DNA of 64,000 nucleotides from Thiotrichales bacterium (GTDB lineage Bacteria; Pseudomonadota; Gammaproteobacteria; Francisellales; CACEW01): NCBI GenBank assembly GCA_947478525.1, contig CANJVU010000002.1, positions 24,873 to 88,872 of the forward strand, read 5' to 3'. Shown piece by piece: positions 60,782 to 64,000 of this stretch (position 1 is its first letter; each line of letters starts with the position of its first letter). The notes under the pieces were generated by a model. It saw only the letters and a program-made list of their open reading frames with translations, ran no database searches and was not told where the DNA came from. The position numbers and the translations under genes were made by a program.

Positions 60782-61580
60782 AGTCGTCCTATTGTTATTA
60801 ATTTTAGGTGTTTTCGCAGGCTTGATGTCTGGGTTGCTTGGTGTGGGTGGTGGCATTGTGGTGGTGCCGGGCTTGGTATTTATTTTGCGAATGGTCGATA
60901 CCCCCAATGAAGTGATTATGCATGTGGCTTCAGGTACTTCCCTCTGCATTATGATTTTGACCACGTTAGTCTCTGGCTATTCGCATTATAAACGAGGTAA
61001 TGTCGTCAAATCTGTGTTTAAAAAGATGCTGCCGTTTGTATTAATCAGTGCGGTGATTGGCGCAATATTGGCGAATATCCTGTCGGTGAATTTTCTGGCA
61101 CTCCTGTTCGGTTTGTTTTTGCTTTTTGTGAGCGTAAAGTTATTGTTGCCGAAAAAGAAAGGGGTGCAAGAAGTTCATGAAATTCGGGAGATTTCCACTC
61201 AAAAATTGAGCATTATCGGCAGTTTAATGGGGGTGTTGTCAGGGTTGCTGGGGGTGGGTGGGGGTACCGTTACCGTGCCTTTGTTATTGCAATGCCGTCT
61301 GGGTATTAAGCAAGCTGCAGGAACCTCGGTGGCGCTTACCGTTCCGGTTAGTATTGTTGGCACTATCGCGGTGATGATTTTGGGTCTGTCCGCGGTGCAC
61401 ATGCCGTGGTCGACGGGTTATGTGTATTGGCCAGCGGTATTGTGGGTGGGTGTTAGCAGTATGGTTTTTGCGCTGGTGGGTGCCAAGTTGACGGATGTCT
61501 TGCCTGCCAGTACGTTGCGTATTGCTTTTGCGGTGTTGATGCTGTTGATTGCCGGTCGAATGTTATGGGGGTTTGTGTAA
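60774..61580 (+). CDS. TauE/SafE sulfite exporter family permease
   Basis: Duplicated SGLLGVGGG...VP and A.GTS motifs. Confidence 0.92.
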
Positions 61581-62387
61581 ATGCTGCAGTATCCACACAT
61601 TGACCCCATCGCGCTGTCGCTGGGGCCTTTGAAAATTCATTGGTATGGCATTATGTATCTGGTGGGTTTTGCCGCAGTGTGGTTATTGGGCGTGTATCGC
61701 AGCAAAAAACCATGGAGCCCTGTTAAATCAGAACAAGTAGGGGATGTGATTTTCTACGCCGCACTTGGTGTGGTGCTGGGTGGTCGCATTGGTTATATGT
61801 TGTTTTATGATTTCAGTAATTTCATCCATCAGCCGTGGATTATTGTGCAAGTGTGGGATGGCGGCATGTCATTCCATGGTGGCTTGATCGGTGTCATCTT
61901 GGCGATGTGGGTTTACGCGCGGCGTATCAAAGTGCATATGATCGATATTCTTGATTTCTTTGCACCAATGACGCCAATTGGCTTAGGTGCAGGGCGTCTG
62001 GGTAATTTTATCAATGGTGAATTGTGGGGCAGGGTGACCGACTCACCGATTGGTATGGTTTTTCCGACTGGTGGGCCATTGCCGCGGTATCCCTCGCAGT
62101 TAATTGAGTTCTGCTTGGAGGGGGTATTGTTTTTTATTATTCTGTGGGCTTTATCGATAAAACCCAAACCGCGTTATTTTATTTCCGCGATGTTTTTACT
62201 GTGCTACGGTTGCTTTAGATTTATCGTTGAATTTTTCCGTGAACCCGATCCGCAGCTCGGTTTTATTGCATTTGGTTGGATGACGCAAGGTCAACGTTTA
62301 TGTATTCCAATGATTGTGATTGGGGTGGGTATGTTGATTTGGCTCTGGGTTAAGCGTAAGAGGGTAAAGCATGAAACCATATCTTAA
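61581..62387 (+). CDS. lgt: Prolipoprotein diacylglyceryl transferase
   Basis: [29 protein letters not shown] and EFFREPD. Confidence 0.97.
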   Translation: MLQYPHIDPIALSLGPLKIHWYGIMYLVGFAAVWLLGVYRSKKPWSPVKSEQVGDVIFYAALGVVLGGRIGYMLFYDFSNFIHQPWIIVQVWDGGMSFHGGLIGVILAMWVYARRIKVHMIDILDFFAPMTPIGLGAGRLGNFINGELWGRVTDSPIGMVFPTGGPLPRYPSQLIEFCLEGVLFFIILWALSIKPKPRYFISAMFLLCYGCFRFIVEFFREPDPQLGFIAFGWMTQGQRLCIPMIVIGVGMLIWLWVKRKRVKHETIS

Positions 62388-63165
62388 TTTACTCCAAGAT
62401 ATTTTAGATCACGGTACCCCAAAGGATGATCGCACCGGCACTGGTACGTTTAGCGTATTTGGTCGGCAATTGCGTTTTGATTTAAGCCAAGGCTTCCCAC
62501 TGGTCACCACCAAAAAATTACATCTGCGCTCGATTATTCACGAGCTGTTGTGGTTTCTCACCGGTAATACCAATATCCAATATCTGAAAGATCATAACGT
62601 CAGTATTTGGGATGAATGGGCAGATGCGCAGGGTAATTTAGGGCCGGTGTATGGTCAGCAATGGCGCTCGTGGCAAGCAGCAGATGGTCGCACCATTGAT
62701 CAGGTCAGCGATGTCATTCAGCAAATCAGAGCCAATCCCAATAGCCGTCGTTTGATTGTCTCCGCTTGGAACGTCGGCGAGCTCGATCAAATGGCGCTGA
62801 TGCCTTGTCATGCCTTGTTTCAGTTTTATGTCGCCGAGGGCAAGCTCTCCTGTCAACTATATCAACGCAGCTGTGATGTGTTTTTGGGGCTGCCGTTTAA
62901 TATCGCGAGCTATGCCTTGCTCACCCATATGATCGCGCAGCAATGCAACTTACAAGTCGGCGAATTTGTCTGGACTGGAGGTGATACCCATTTGTATTCC
63001 AATCATCTTGAACAAGCAAAGTTACAGTTAAATCGTGAGCCATTTCCGTTGCCGCAATTGAAAATTATTCGCCAACCGGCGTCGATTTTTGAGTATCGCT
63101 TTGAAGATTTTGTGATTGAAAATTATCAGTCACATCCGTCAATTAAAGCGCCGATTGCGATTTAA
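62371..63165 (+). CDS. thyA: Thymidylate synthase
   Basis: DRTGTGT, ALMPCH and [18 protein letters not shown]. Confidence 0.98.
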   Translation: MKPYLNLLQDILDHGTPKDDRTGTGTFSVFGRQLRFDLSQGFPLVTTKKLHLRSIIHELLWFLTGNTNIQYLKDHNVSIWDEWADAQGNLGPVYGQQWRSWQAADGRTIDQVSDVIQQIRANPNSRRLIVSAWNVGELDQMALMPCHALFQFYVAEGKLSCQLYQRSCDVFLGLPFNIASYALLTHMIAQQCNLQVGEFVWTGGDTHLYSNHLEQAKLQLNREPFPLPQLKIIRQPASIFEYRFEDFVIENYQSHPSIKAPIAI

Positions 63166-63383
63166 CACAACCTGCCAATGCCTCTGAGGAGTTGAATCAC
63201 TAGCTTTTTGGAGGTCTCGATCGGCAGTTCGTCTTCAATTAAATTCAGATCGCCGTCATAAATCCTTAGGGTAAGGCGCGTGAAAGGTGCCCGTTTGGAT
63301 GGATCTACTTCATAGCGGTAGCGTTCGGAATCAACGCCGTTATTGTTCTGATTAGAGTCAGTAGAGAAAAAATCTTTGCTCAC
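63162..63383 (-). CDS. Small hypothetical protein
   Basis: 73-aa ORF with GTG start downstream of the repressor; no family recognised. Confidence 0.4.
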   Translation of the reverse strand: MSKDFFSTDSNQNNNGVDSERYRYEVDPSKRAPFTRLTLRIYDGDLNLIEDELPIETSKKLVIQLLRGIGRLC

Positions 63384-63473
63384 AAAGGCACCGTATTGTA
63401 TTTTTGTGTCTAATTATTTCACAGTAAGTGTATGCGTGCAAGCAGAAAACAACGATCGTCTCACATAAGCTTT

Positions 63474-64000
63474 TTAACGGAACGTTTTCATCATCATTCG
63501 AACCACACCGATTATTTTAATTGAATCCTGCATTTCAGTTAGAGGATATCTTAGATTTAGTGGTTTTAAGAACTGTTTTCCGGAATCGATAATTAGTTGT
63601 TTAAAGGTCGGTGCGTTATTAATGTGCGCAATTACATAATCATGGTTGATGGGTGTCAGTGAGGGGTCAATAACAATAGTGCAGCCACTGGAAAAACTAT
63701 CTCCTTGTGGGGATTCCATGCCGTCCCCTTCAACAGTGAGGGCAAAGCTCTTGCTGCTCTCAATGTTGCTGATGGGTAACATGTCTTTGATTTGCACAGG
63801 TTCGCCCCTCAAGTGTGCGGAGATCTGATCCCAGCGTAGCAGCGGAATGTATTTAATCGATTGGTAACTGGCAATGGACTCACGCACTTCCATCGGCTGG
63901 CTGGAGCCGTAATCCCGATAGAGCCAATCTACACTGATATTGAGTGTTTGGGCGAGTTTAATTAAATCATCGCTTTTGGGTTCCCGTATTCCTCTTTCAT
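63474..64000 (-). CDS. CI/LexA-like repressor (XRE HTH plus S24 peptidase), 5' end beyond the window
   Basis: Frame is open to the edge (ERGIREPKSDDLIKLAQTLNISVDWLY); FALTVEGDGMES, TFKQL, LKPLN.RY and IIGVV. Confidence 0.9.
   Translation of the reverse strand, partial: ERGIREPKSDDLIKLAQTLNISVDWLYRDYGSSQPMEVRESIASYQSIKYIPLLRWDQISAHLRGEPVQIKDMLPISNIESSKSFALTVEGDGMESPQGDSFSSGCTIVIDPSLTPINHDYVIAHINNAPTFKQLIIDSGKQFLKPLNLRYPLTEMQDSIKIIGVVRMMMKTFR

Noticed and set aside
1-64000. CRISPR arrays, tRNA or rRNA genes, intact transposases
   Set aside because: None seen by eye; intergenic gaps are short and show no repeat-spacer or cloverleaf patterns

Overview
Chromosomal window from a gammaproteobacterium that is probably host-associated (Legionellales or Piscirickettsiaceae-like; this is inferred from gene content). 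Housekeeping genes include lpxL, bioC, epmA, psd, asnS, hemF, trpF, hslO, gcvT-H-PA-PB, guaC, hslVU, fnr, metH, xseB, rppH, lgt and thyA. Accessory content falls into four groups. (1) A cobalamin riboswitch ahead of a TonB-dependent receptor, followed by mazEF. (2) A cassette at about 9.9-15.1 kb lying between two toxin-antitoxin modules. It pairs a DdaF/NikS-like ATP-grasp ligase and an N5-(carboxyethyl)ornithine-synthase-family enzyme with a convergent POT peptide transporter and an uncharacterised 452-aa protein, and may be an undescribed pathway for an opine-dipeptide. (3) A compact, rearranged Dot/Icm type IVB secretion locus at 39.9-56.7 kb with icmS and icmW, a short DotG, a DotC lacking a signal peptide, two unassigned genes between dotL and dotI, and a PmrA-type promoter before icmD. 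(4) Candidate effectors, notably a compositionally atypical protein directly after the locus that joins an RRSP/TIKI-like domain to ankyrin repeats. Also present are an MlaF-MlaE fusion and a CI/LexA-like repressor cut by the right edge. No rRNA, tRNA, CRISPR array or intact transposase was seen. All family calls come from reading motifs by eye; no database searches were run.
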